This document shows, in pieces, positions 38,361 to 50,619 of a stretch of 64,000 bases of DNA (positions within the stretch are counted from its first letter, which is position 1; every line of letters begins with the position of its first letter). The translations under genes and the position numbers were made by a program. This stretch comes from Mobula hypostoma (Eukaryota). The notes below the pieces were generated by a model. That model worked only from the letters and a program-made list of their open reading frames with translations. It did not search any database and had not been told where the DNA came from. The DNA lies in assembly GCF_963921235.1 (NCBI RefSeq), contig NC_086097.1, positions 115,446,001-115,510,000 of the forward strand, read 5' to 3'.

Positions 38361-38488
38361 TCTTTTCAACTGATGCTGACTGACCTGCTGAGTTCCTCCA
38401 GCGCATTGTGAGTGTTCCTTTGAAAACAGCATCTGCAGATTATTTTGTGTTTATGATTTGCTACTCCACTGCGAAGTCTCTTCAAGGT

Positions 38489-41400
38489 ATGCCTACCGTG
38501 AAGAAGTTTAAATCCTCTCTTCGACGGGAGTTCAGTGAGACCCTCTCTCACTGCTCCCCCTCTGTGATCTCTGCCTCTCTCCGACTCTTCGACCACATCC
38601 TGACTCAGACCTGCTACCACAGCCGCGTCTCCTTCCTGGGAACGTGTCTCCGTTGCCATCTACTACCGCAGGGATTCCAGCTCCGGTTCCAGGCCTCCCA
38701 GTTCGGGCCCAGCGAAGATCCCAGGTACTTCTGTTTCATTGACCGCTGCTTCCACCGGATTCTCTGCGCCATGCTCACTGCCATGCGGAGATACCTAAGG
38801 GCCTTGTCACCCTCTCTGCCACCACTCCGGGACTCACTCTCCACCGTCTGCCATGGACCTCTCCTACACTTCATTCTCCGCCAGATTCACGCCTCCAACC
38901 GCCGTTTCTTCTCCTTCCTCGCGTCCAAGAAGGACAACAAGATCGCTCACCTGGAGCCCACGACGACAACCAGCTCCAGCCTGCACCCCTACCCCTCGGA
39001 TCTCGACTTCTCAGCCCTTCGGCAGGCCGAAGACCCATCCGCCTCTGACTCTGACCCCGACTCGAACCACGGCCTCCCGGACATGGGGACCAGCCCCTGG
39101 CGGGCCATGGACTCACTCGCCTCCGACTCCGACCTCAGCTCTGGGGCCCTGCAGGCTACAGGCTCCGCCACCCCCAGCTCCAGATCCAGCTCAGACCAAG
39201 GTCCCGACCCTCTCCAGACCGGGACCACTCTTACTGCCGCTGGGTCCTACAGCTCGTCTTATTCCTCCACTACCCTCTTTCCACCCAGCGACTTCCAAAC
39301 TTCCATCTACCCCTCATCGCCCCTCCATTTCTCTGATTCCTTATCCTCCCCTAACCCTGATCTCCCTGAACATCCCAACCCCCATCTCCCTCCTGAGACC
39401 TCCCACTCTTCACCCTCCTCCAACCCCAGCCTCAACCATTGCCATGTCTTCACCATCCCCTCTGACCTTCCCCTCTCTAAGGCAGAACATTCTGTCCTTA
39501 GCAAGGGCCTCACTTTTGTCCCACTCCATCCACACCTCAGTGAGTTCCGTGCCCGCCATGACACTGAACTCTTCTTCCATCGCATACGTCTCCGAGCCAA
39601 CTTCTTTGGCAAGGATTCCCCTCTGGCTTCTGATGATGCCTTCTCCTGTCTTCAACCCTCCTCTTCCTCCTGGACACCCCGCCCCGGCCTTCTACCTGCA
39701 CTCTTCATCTCCAACTGTCGCCGAGACATCAACCGTCTCAACTTCACCACTCCTCTCTCCTGTTCCAACCTTACTCCCTCTGAACGCACTGCCTTCCACT
39801 CTCTCCGCACTAATCCCAACCTCACCATCAAACCCGCTGACAAAGGTGGTGCCGTAGTAGTCTGGCAGACGGACCTTTACCTCACTGAGGCCAAACGGCA
39901 GCTCTCTGACACCTCCCCTTACTTACCCCACCAAAAAACATCAAACCATTGTCTCCCGCACAATCACTGCCCTTATCAACTCCGGAGACCTTCCAACCTC
40001 AGCCGCTAAACTCATAATTCCCACACCCCGTACCGCTTGGTTTTACCTCCTCCCCAAGATCCACAAGCCTGACTGTCCCGGTAGACCCATAGTTTCTGTC
40101 TGCTCCTGTCCAACCGAACTTGTATCTGCCTACCTGGACTCCATTTTGTCACCCATAGTTCAGTCCCTTCCACCTACATCCGGGATACATCACATGCCCT
40201 CCACCTCTTCAATAACTTCCAGTTCCCCGGTCCCAACCGCTTAATTTTTAATATGGATGTCCAATCCTTATGCACCTCCATTCCCCATCAAGAAGGCCTC
40301 AAAGCCCTCCACTACTTCCTGGATAATAGACCTCACCAGTTCCCCACCACCACTACCCTCCTCCGGTTGGCGGAACTGGTTCTCACATTTAATCACTTCT
40401 CTTTTGGCTCTTCCCACTTTCTTCAGACTAAGGGTGTAGCTATGGGAACTCATATGGGACCCAGCTACGCCTGCCTCTTCATTAGTTATGTGGAACAGTC
40501 TGCGCTCCAAACCTATTCTGGTACAGCTCCCCAACTTTTCCTTCGATACGTTGACGACTACATTGGTGCTGCTTCCTGCACCCATGCTGAGCTCGTCAAT
40601 TTCATCGACTTTATTTCAAACTTCCACCCAGCCCTCAAATTCACTTGGTCTATCTCTGACACTTCCCTCCCCTTTCTTGATGTCTCGGTCTCCATCTCTG
40701 GAGACAGACTGTCCACTGACATCTTCTACAAGCCCACTGACTCTCATAACTACCTCAACTATACCTCTTCCCACCCCACCACATTCAAAAATGCCTTTCG
40801 CTATTCCCAGTTCCTCCGTCTCCGCCGCATCTGCTCCCAGGATGAGGCTTTCTTTTCCAGGACATCTCAAAAGTCCTCTTTCTTTAAGGATCGTGGTTTC
40901 CCTTCTACAGTGATCAATGATGCCCTCACTCGCATCTCCTCCATTTCCCGCACTTCGGCCCTCACCCCATCCTCCCGCCACCACAACAGGGACAGAGTTC
41001 CCCTTGTCCTCACCTACCACTCCACCAGCCTCCAGATCCAGCACGTTATGCTCTGCAATTTCCGCCACCTTCAACAGGACCCCACCACTAAGCACATCTT
41101 TCCCTCTTCACGCCTCTCCGCTTTCTGCAGGGATCGATCCCTCCACGACTCACTTATCCGCATGTCCATCCCTACGGATCTCTCACCCGGCACTTATCCC
41201 TGTAAGCGTAAGTGCTACACCTGTCCCTACACCTCCTCTCTTGCCACCATTCAGGGCCCCAAACAGTCCTTCCAGGTGAGGCAACACTTCACTTGCGAAT
41301 CTGTTGGGGTCATCTATTGCATCCGGTGCTCCCGGTGCGGCCTCCTCTACATCGGTGAAACCCGACGCAGATTGGGAGACCACTTCGTCGAGCACCTCCA

Positions 41401-41602
41401 CTCCGTCCGCCACAACAGACAGGATCTCCCGGTTGCCACCCACTTCAACTCTACTTCCTATTCCCATTCAGATATGTCCATACATGGCCTCCTCTACTGC
41501 CATGATGAGGCTAAGCTCAGGTTGGAGGAGCAACACCTCATATGCCGTCTAGGTAGTCTCCAGCCCCTTGGTATAAACATAGAATTCTCCAACTTCCGGT
41601 AA
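38489..41602 (+). pseudogene. PLE polyprotein: N-terminal domain, Ser/Pro-rich linker, RT, Cys linker, GIY-YIG endonuclease; frameshifted at about 39925-40170
   Basis: ATG at 38489; VLSKGLTFVP; IKPADKGGAVVVW; FYLLPKIHK; MDVQSLCTSIP; GVAMGT; LRYVDD; PCKRKCYTCP; GVIYCIRCSRCGLLYIGET; stop at 41602. Confidence 0.93.
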
Positions 41603-42199
41603 TTCCCCCCCCCCCCAATCCCTATTTCACATCACCTCCCTCATAGTTCCGCCTCCTTGTATTATTGCTCAGCTGCCAATCACCTCCCTGCTTCCCTTCC
41701 CCCACCCCTTTGTCTTTCAAATTACTGCTTTTTTCAACTACCAGCATTCTTCAAACCCTCCCCAAAGTTCTTCCTTCAGTCCTGATGAAGGGTTTCGGCC
41801 CGCAACATCAAGTAATCTTTTCAACTGATGCTGACTGACCTGCTGAGTTCCTCCAGTGCATTGTGAGTGTTCCTTTGACACAGAATTTGCAGATTATTTT
41901 GTGTTGACCATAATCGCCAACTCCCTGAGTGTGTTCAAGACAGCCCAGTAATGCTGAAGTGCTCCACCATTCCATCCTTGCTCACATATCCCCATGTTAA
42001 TTTATCAATCTATTGTTTCTCCAGTCTTTTTTTTTGCTCAGTATAACCTTAGGGAATGATGAAAGCAAATTCTGACACAAACAAATGCTGCCTTTTATAT
42101 ACCTTTATTATTTCAATTGTCAGCTCTATTTTCTTGTATGATTACATCTTTGGAAGAGATCAATCCTAAATACATGATATAGAAATCTGAATCAGCACC

Positions 42200-42330
42200 C
42201 ACAAAATTCTTAAGGATCTCAGCAGGTCAGGCAGCATCTATGGGAAAGAGAAAAGAGTGAACGTTTCGGGCCAAGACTCTTCTTCAGGACTCGTTGACAT
42301 TTCAAGCTGAGGCCCTTTTTCAGGACATGA
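42200..42330 (-). ncRNA. PLE pLTR fragment with two tandem hammerhead-like cores
   Basis: The minus strand reads GTC-CTGAAAAA-GGGCCTCAGCTT-GAAA-TGTC-AACG-AGTC-CTGAAGA-AGAGTCTTGGCCC-GAAA-CGTT-CACT. Confidence 0.6.
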
Positions 42331-43419
42331 TCTGGAATTATTTTTGCCATTGATGGTCTCTCAGGGTTGAATAGCCTGCTAGCATGTACAATTAAAACAT
42401 GCACACGAGCTTGTGAGTGAGATTGAAGAGGATTAGTCAGCATCTGTGAAAGTCTGCACGTCGGCAAAGGGTTAAAAGTTTCAGAAACACAGAGAGCAAA
42501 CGTTTGTAAGAAATAATGTCAAAGCTAATAGAAACATGTAATGCTTTGGCCTTAGAGCAGAGATTATTCACAATTTATACTACTTCATGCTTCTGTGCAC
42601 CTACCACACACACAGAAAAAATAAAAGCTGTGCTTGAAATGAAATAGCCATCTGTATAAACAAAATAATCACCTCTGAGGCAGCCTTCAGTGATTATCTT
42701 GCAACATTATCAGTTGACATCCTTGTTCAGCCTTATGGCAGATTCCTATCCCCCAAAGAACTTACGCCAGGCCTGAGATCAATCCCACTTATCAGACAAG
42801 CACTGTTACATCCTCATCGCTCCCAAGCATCCTTTATAGAAATGACAGAAATAAGTACTGGCTCCCATGAATAAAAATGAGTGTGTGTTTACAATTCTGC
42901 ATGCAGCAATACTTAATTCTTAAAATATCAGATAAGCATTTTTGATAGAGAACACGTTATTAGCTCTTTTATCAGATCATTAAACATATAATTGCAAAAT
43001 GTTCTAAAATTAATGAACATATAATGACATCACAAAGCAAGTGGTTATAAAATCTGCTCTATTCATTTTTCATCATTTAATAGAATAGTGTCAGCTTCCT
43101 AATAACTAACTTATTTGTGATTAAATATTTTAAGTCTGAAAGCAATATAAATGGAGGTATACTGTGTACCATGTATTATGATGCTTTTGCAGCAAGACAT
43201 GATGTGACAATATTTTCACATGATCACCCTATGACACGGTTAACCAGATAATTGGAATGTAACCCTATTGGTGAGGATTATCTCTTGTCATAATCAATTT
43301 CTCAGTTGTGTAAACTAGACCGTAAAGACATAAGCGGAGAATCAATTTTGCCTTTCCAGTTAACTTGAAATATTCCTCTCAAAATGATAAACAGGTTTGA
43401 GGTTCAGGAAATACATTTT

Positions 43420-44052
43420 TGCCCTCTTTTCACTGCTTCCATCAGGAAGAAGGGACAGGAGCCTCAGGACTCGCACCACCAGGTTCAGGAATGGAAAATC
43501 CTACAAGAAGTAATGGATTTGGTGCAGTCCATCATGGGGAAAAGGCTCACAACCATTGAGAACACCTACATGAAACACTGCTGAAGGAAAGCAACATCCA
43601 TCATCAGGAATGCCTACCACCCAGGTCAGCTCTTTTTTTCACTGCTGCCATCAGGTAGAAGGTACAAGAGCCTCAGGGCATGCACCACCAGGGTCAAGAA
43701 CCGTTATTACCCTTCAAACATCTTGACCCAACAGGGATAACTTCACACTCGAATTCACTTGCCCCATCAATGAACTATTTCCTCAACCAATGGACTCACT
43801 TTCAAGGACTCTTCATCTCAAGTTCTCGATATTTATTGTTTATTTATTATTATTTCTTTCTTTTTGTACTTGCACAGTTTGTTGTCTTTTGCACATAAGT
43901 TGAACACCCAAGATGGTGCAATGTTTCACTGATTCTATTATGGTTATTATTCTATTATGGATTTATTGAGTATGCCTGCCAGAAAGTGAATCTCTTGAGT
44001 TGTATACGATGACATATATGTACTTTGATAATAACTTTACTTTGAACTTTCA
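43420..44052 (+). mobile_element. Rex1/Babar 3' fragment with a duplicated internal segment
   Basis: QEWKILQEVMDLVQSIMG..TIENTYMKHC, 3' UTR and TTTACTTTGAACTTT tail; 43421-43490 repeats about 43630-43700. Confidence 0.8.
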
Positions 44053-44199
44053 AAGATATTTGAGAAATATGAAGAAAAACTAATTTATGCAATCGACATT
44101 TGTGATTGAGAACTCACTGCCATTAACATAATTATAACATACTCAGTCAGAGCTCTCAGGAGGAAATTGGATAGGCTCTTAACAGAAAATCATCTTCAA

Positions 44200-44715
44200 A
44201 GCATGGCCTCTTGTACTGTCATGATGCAGCCACACTCAGATTGGAAGAGCAACAATCATATTCTGCTTCGGTAGCCTCCAACCTGATGCATGAACATTGA
44301 TTTCTCTAACTTCCAATAATTACTCCCTTCTTTCTCCCCTCTTTTTCTATTCCCCATTCTGGCTCCTCTCTTACTGTTTCTTTTCTCCTCACTGCCCATC
44401 AACTCCCAGTGGTACTCCTCTCAGACTCCTTCTTCTTCAGCCCTCCAGTTCTTCCACCTATCAACTCCCAGCTTCTTACTTCATCCTCCCTCACCAGGTT
44501 TCACCTACCTCCTGCCAGCTTGAACTCCTTCCCCTCCCTCCACTTTCTTATTCCAGCTTCTTCCCCCTTCCTTTCTAATCCTGATGGAGGGTTTCAACTT
44601 GAAATATCAACTGTTTACTTGCCTCAATTGATGCTGCCTGACCTGCTGAGTTCCTCTACCATTTTGTGTGTGTTACTCTGGATTTCCAGCATCTGCAGAA
44701 TCTCTTGTGTTTGCC
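44200..44715 (+). mobile_element. PLE 3' fragment (GIY-YIG end plus pLTR)
   Basis: CATGGCCTCTTGTACTGTCATGATG...TTGGAAGAGCAAC...AACATTGATTTCTCTAACTTCC, with a decayed hammerhead at 44577-44613. Confidence 0.85.
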
Positions 44716-44814
44716 AATGTATCTGTTCTTTATTTGTACCTAATTACAGGGACCTGTCTTTGTTCGTGACTTCTCTCCACCCACCTTGTGTTCATGTATT
44801 CATGTTGGTAATAA

Positions 44815-45362
44815 AACCAGAAGACCATAAAGATATAGAAGCAGAATTAGGTTATCTTAGCCAATCGAGTCTGCTTCACCATTTTATCTTGGTTGATCCA
44901 ATTTTCCTTTCAGCCCCAATTTCCTGCCTTCTCCCTGTACACCTTCATGCCTGGACTAATCAAGAATCTATCAACCTCTACCTTAAATATACCCAGTGCC
45001 CTGGCCTTAACACCTGCCTGTGGAAATGAATTTGACAGATCCACCACTCTCTGGCTGAAGAAAATCTTTCTTATCTCCATTCTAAATGGATGTTCCTCCA
45101 TTCTGAGGCTCTGTACTCTGGTCTTGGACTCCCTCACCATATGAAACATCCTCTCTATATCCTCCCTTTCAACATTTGATAGGTTTATTCAATCCTCAAA
45201 TCATTTGCGTGAACCTCCTTTGAACCCTCTGCAATGTCTGCATATCCTTTCTTCGGTAAGTGGCCCAAAACTGCATACAATACTCCAAGTGAGGCCACAC
45301 CAGTGCCTCAACATTACCTCTTTGTTTTCATATTCTAGTCCTTTTGAAATGAATGCTAACCT
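44815..45362 (-). mobile_element. CR1 3' fragment
   Basis: ORF 44910-45149 reads PFRMEIRKIFFSQRVVDLSNSFPQ..FKVEVDRFL; tail ACCAGAAGACCATAAGA. Confidence 0.85.
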
Positions 45363-45763
45363 CACTCATCTTCTAAAGGCACTGGCAATGACAAACAACT
45401 TCTGCAGAAAAATTAGCCAAGAACAATCATGGTCATGGAAGCACCAAGACTGCCCACGTCATACAACATGAATGAATGAACATCAAACGTTCAGTGAAAT
45501 GTGTCTTTTGCATTAACAACCGACACACACAAGGACGCACTGAGGTCAGCTCACAAATGTTGCCACACATTTCAGTGCCAACATGGTATGCCCACAATGT
45601 TTGGCAGGATAACACATAACACAGCAAAACAGTCCACCACATGTTATAAAACAGCAACAGTGAAACAGCCTCCATCCAACCCAGCCACCCACGCACATCC
45701 ACTGTAATCTAACCCCAGGCTATTTCTTATAAGAGCATTTGTACAAATATTGAACAAAAAAAA

Positions 45764-46312
45764 ATGCTCAAAAACTTCTATAGTTGTACCGTGGAGAGCA
45801 TTCTGACAGGCTGCATCACTGTTTGGTATGGAGGGGCTACCCAGGACCAAAAGAAGCTGCAGAAGGTTGTAAATCTAGTCAGCTCTATCTTGGGTACTAG
45901 CCTACAAAGTACCCAGGACATTTTCGGGGAGCGGTGTCTCAGAAAGGCAGTGTCCTTTATTAAAGACCTCCAGCACCCAAGGCATGCCCTTTTCTCACTG
46001 TTACCATCAGATAGGAGATACAAAAGCCTGAAGTCACACACTCAGCGATTCAGGAACAACTTTTCCCCTTTGCCATCCGATTCCTGAATGGACTTTGAAG
46101 CTTTGGACTCTACCTCATTTTTTTTAATATACAATATTTCTATTCAATGTATGTAATTGATTTACTTGTTTATTTATGATTGTGTTTTACTTTATTTACT
46201 ATTATTATTACTTTTTTCTCTCTTTGCGAGATTATGTATTGCACTGAACTGCTGCTGCTAAGTTAACAAATTTCACGTCACATGCCAGTGATAATAAACC
46301 TGATTCTGATGT
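45764..46312 (+). mobile_element. Rex1/Babar 3' fragment
   Basis: ORF 45764-46087 reads LKNFYSCTVESILTGCITVWYG...HALFSLLPSDRRYKSL; tail GATAATAAACCTGATTCTGAT. Confidence 0.88.
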
Positions 46313-46589
46313 CTCAAGTCAGTAAAATTGGTATGGCTCTTGCATTGACTCTACAAATAACTTAAAATATTATCCGTTTAAATGGGAGCTGATGAAAATA
46401 ATGGGCACATTTAGAGTGAGTGACAATCTGAAAGAATTTAGCATTTGTAAAAATAATGTTTGAGAAATTGATGGAATTAAAAGCTGATTAGTGCAGAAAT
46501 GATTATGGAAGAAAGGAATGGTTATCTTGAAAAGTCCCATAGATTCTGGAACTGTTACCACAGATTAGATGTTAACAGATGTGACCCCC

Positions 46590-46900
46590 TCAGCAGCCTT
46601 TCCCAGCCTAGCCCATCACAGGAAAAGGCCTCCCCATCACCGAACACATCTACAGTGAGTGCTGCCGCAAGACAGTATCATCCATCGTCAAGGACACCCG
46701 CTATCCAGGCCACGTTCTCTTCTTGCTTCATCGGCAAGGAAGTGAGGGAATCTTAGATCCCACACCACCAGGTTCAGGAATAGTTATTACCCTTCAAACC
46801 TCAGGCTCCTGAGCAAGTGTGGATAACTTCATTCACCTCAAACATACTGTAACATACTGTATACACATTTTGATAAAAAAGTAACTTCAGACTTTGAACC
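46590..46900 (+). mobile_element. Rex1/Babar 3' fragment
   Basis: GCCTAGCCCATCACAGG...CACACCACCAGGTTCAGGAATAGTTATTAC and ACTTTGAAC tail. Confidence 0.7.
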
Positions 46901-47079
46901 CTTTAAGAAAAGGGGGAGTGTAAAGCAGTGAAGTGCAGAACAGTTAGCATGGCATCAATAAAAGGAACAGAAATGCCAAGAGAATTATAGCAGGACATTC
47001 AGAAAGTTATATTAAAGGCTTGTGCGAATCAACACAGATTTATAAAGCTCTGGTGTACTGACCTCTGTCTTGCAGAGTC

Positions 47080-48900
47080 TAAAGAGCAGCTCTCATACAA
47101 CTCCTTTTACCTAACCATGGACCATGATTCTGTCAACAGATACCAGGCCACTATCTCCCAGAATATCATATATTCATCAGGAAACATCCCCTTGACACCT
47201 CTGAAATGAGAATGCCCCAACCCCACACTGCCCACTTCTATTTCTTACTTGAAATCCACAAGGATGACTGCTTGGCTTGGCTCATTGTTTCAGCCTGTCC
47301 TTACCCCAATGAATATATCTCTCTATATCTCGTCCTTGTGGAACTGAACATATCTCCCTGTACCTCAGCCTTGCCCCACTGAACAGTTCTCTCTATATCT
47401 TGACCCTATCCTGTCTCCCCTTTCCCAATCAATTCCCACCTATACTTCTCATGCCCCCAATTACTTCAGTTTCACCAGGGATGCTTGTCTTTATACAGCT
47501 CTGTCCCAACTTAGGAAGCTTTCAGTGCTCACTGCATCTTGCTAGAATGAAAATGTAAGCCAGTTCCTCCACCAAAACGTTCATGACTATATTATTACCC
47601 AGAGCAACTTCTGACTCAGTTCCTCCCATTCTCTACAAAACCAAGTGTGTAACTATAGGCAATTGTAGGGACTCCAACTGAGCCTGTCTTCATTTGCTAT
47701 GTGGAACAGTATTAGTTTCAAAACCATTCAGGCACAGCCCCCTACTTTTTCTCAGCTACATCAGCAAATGGATTGATGTTATCTTCTACACTCATGAAGA
47801 ACTTGTCATTTTGATCACCTCTGCTATGTTGATTTGTATGGCAAGGCCTGGGAGGGGTAGCCGTGAGTCTGTCCATTCGGGACCCAGGGTTGGATCAATC
47901 TTCGTCTGGCACCTTGTCCACAGCCGTTCCAACATAGGTGGCCCTGAGTTGGCATCAGCTGATGGAGTCCTTGAAGCATGCAAGCCTCCGCAAGACGTCA
48001 ATGTAGGGGAGGACCTCTGCCATGAACACCCCTTAAATTTGCTTGAACCATTTCTGATATTCAGTTCAATGTTCAACTTAATATCAGAGAATGTCTAAAA
48101 TATACAAGCTGAAATCCTTACTCTTTGAAACCCAACATCAGCCTAATCTCAGGACAAGTTACAATGACCAGATAAAGTACTGACTGGTGTGTCTTTGGTC
48201 TGTGGAAGGAAACTGGAGCACCCAGGGGAAGCCCACGAGGTGACATGAAGAACGTACAAGCTGCTTACAGAGAGCGCCAGTTCTTCTTCCTTTTTCTAGG
48301 TATTGCTGTCTCCTTCTCAGGAGATAAACTATTCACTAACATTTTTCACAAACACACTGATTTTCACAGCTACCTAGACTATATACTCCATCCCCCACGC
48401 CCCACCGTCACCGATCCCTATAAGAGCACCATTCCCTTTTTCTCCATTTCTCTGTCCCTGCCATGTCTGTTCTTATGATGAGGCTTTTCTCTCCAGTACA
48501 TCTGAAATGTCCTCTTTCTTTAGGAACAGTGATTCACCCTCTATTGTGGTTGTTAGAGCTCTCTTTCATATTTCCTGGAAGCCCAAGAAAAGTTTACTCA
48601 ACAATTTCTAGATTTCCTATCATTACCCACCCCCCCATCTAGTTCCATCTTTGCCCCTCATCTTTATGTTATCTCATTCCATGTTCAAGCCTCTGTCTCT
48701 ACCTTCACCCGTCCCACCTCCAACCTAGCTCTATCTGTCCTCTTCCTTTTCTCTTACCTTATCTCTCTCTACATATCATCCATCAGCCACCATCTTCTGC
48801 TTTCCATCTCTGTTTTCCCTAACCTAGTTTGAAATGCTTAACTCACCTGGCCCCATTTGTCATCTGACAACCCTTGTCATCTCGCTCCATACATAATTCT
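47080..48900 (+). mobile_element. Old degenerate PLE RT region with nested insertions (RTE-like UTR piece ~47845-48015, Rex tail, V-SINE ~48170-48280 on -)
   Basis: CTTCTATTTCTTACTTGAAATCCACAAG (FYFLLEIHK), CTATGTGGAACAGT, and FSGDKLFTNIFHKHTDFHSYLDY are homologous to the PLE RT at 40040-40900. Confidence 0.7.
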
Positions 48901-49714
48901 GTTGACAATGGTTTTAGCGCTGTAGAGAAGGATTTTGCCAACTGTGTTTGGGAGAATTAGAAGTGATCTCAATGAAGTGTAAAACTTACTGTGAGGCTTG
49001 ACTGGGCAAAGACAGGAGCTGCTCTACCCTGTCTGAGTGACTCTAGAACCAGAGATCTCATTGCCAAAGTTGAATTTATTGTCATTAGTGTTGTAACTAT
49101 GAATAAAATCACTGGAGAGAAACTGAAGACGGCGGATATTCAGCCAAATAAGTAGGCGTCATACCGGAGGCACCTTTGGAAGAAGAGGCCTTCCTGACCA
49201 AATATTACGTGACATCTTTATAGGCTAAAGATCAAAGGCAACAGCAGGACAGTGCTATAGTTATAATCTCATCACAATGCTTCATATAGTTTTCAAACAC
49301 CTCTACCTTCACACCAACACTTCATGATACCCAAAATGAATGTTAATCGCCATTGACTTTAAACTGCACTCATGCATATGCAGATATCTCAGGTCAATGG
49401 AATGTTTCTTTGTTTGCAATCAATCCCAGTCTGCAGATCCAAAAAGCACTATTTTTCTCTGCTGCATTTTAAACTCAATCTACAATCCACTTTCAGGTCT
49501 GAAGACTGGTTGCTGTTGGAATTAATATGTGCTAGATACCATAACTCCTGAACACAGCCTAACAATTAGCACAAGTATACATATACATACACACAATGAA
49601 AATCTAATTTGCAGCAGCATCACAAGAACATAGAAGCACTTACAAGAAAAACATAAATTCATCTGAAATTCTGCAAAATTTTTGCCAAAAAACACAAATG
49701 GAATGAAGTTCATT

Positions 49715-50392
49715 TCAGTGCAAGGTGGTCAATGTGTTTATAGTTATTGTAGGGTTTGTTTTTTTGTTTAAGAATTGAGTAGTTGTTCTGGGACCTATTG
49801 GTTTGGGACTTCAGCCTTCTGTACTTGCTGCAGATAGGCATTCAAAAGGATGGTATAGCTCAGAGGACGAGGATCTTTGATGACGGACGTTGCCTTCTTG
49901 AGGCAGTGCCTCTGGTAGATACTACCACTATTGCGAGGGGTGTGCCCATGATGTGTTGGACAGAGTCCACTCCCCACATTTGAATTGCCATACCAGATCA
50001 CGGTATACTTGCAACAGTACATACGTAAAAATATGTTAATGTACAATGGTCATAAAGAGAGCGTTTGGCACATTGGCCTTCATAAATCAGGGCATTGAGG
50101 ACCAGAGTTGGAATACTGTATTGAAGATGCATAAGATGTTCGTTACTTTGTCACACAAGTATAACAACTTTTTCTGGGGTCGCAGGCTGGTGCCAATTGT
50201 TTTGTTTTGATTTTTGGTTCAATATTTTTTTTGCCTTGAAGGATACCTGCACGCCGGCCTCCAAGTCCGAAATCTTCTGGATTTGTGAGGGCTCGTACGG
50301 GTATGTCATAGTTCTCCCTGCAAAAGCGTGCATAAAAGGCATTGAACTCATCAGGGAGTGATGGGCTATTGTCAAAATATGAGTTGTCCATT
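49715..50392 (-). mobile_element. Rex1/Babar fragments with a short + strand CR1 piece (~50060-50140)
   Basis: VIWYGNSN..YQRHCLKKATSVIKDP and SLPDEFNAFYARF. Confidence 0.7.
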
Positions 50393-50619
50393 GTGGACAG
50401 AAATGAGGAGAAATTTCCTAACTCAGTGGTGGTGAATCTCTTGGCAAGAGAAACCTGGAGAAAGCACTGTTGTTAAGTGCACTCACGACAAGTTGACAGA
50501 TTTTGGAATATAAAATCTGGCAAGTGATATCTATATGCTGAGATAGAAGATCTGATTGGCAGAGTAAACATGAGCAGACATCTATTTCTTGTGGCCAGAG
50601 TAAGCATATTTGTTTTAAG

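Larger units (their letters stand above)
37540..41905 (+). mobile_element. Penelope-like element (Neptune-type), near full length, with inverted 5' arm and 9-10-bp TSD
   Basis: TSD (T)GACCATAAT at 37530-37539 and 41905-41914. 37544-38360 is the reverse complement of 41061-41870. The pLTR tail 38360-38451 is repeated directly at 41815-41905. Confidence 0.95.

Noticed and set aside
38614..41552. Many overlapping ORFs, including 334 aa at 38853-39857
   Set aside because: They are alternative frames of C-rich, stop-poor PLE sequence with no independent domain motifs.
44409..45029. 206-aa hydrophobic ORF
   Set aside because: It is a chance frame across a pyrimidine-rich pLTR and an antisense CR1 tail.
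49089..49556. Possible solo LTR (TGTT...AACA)
   Set aside because: There is no matching TSD and no second copy in the window.
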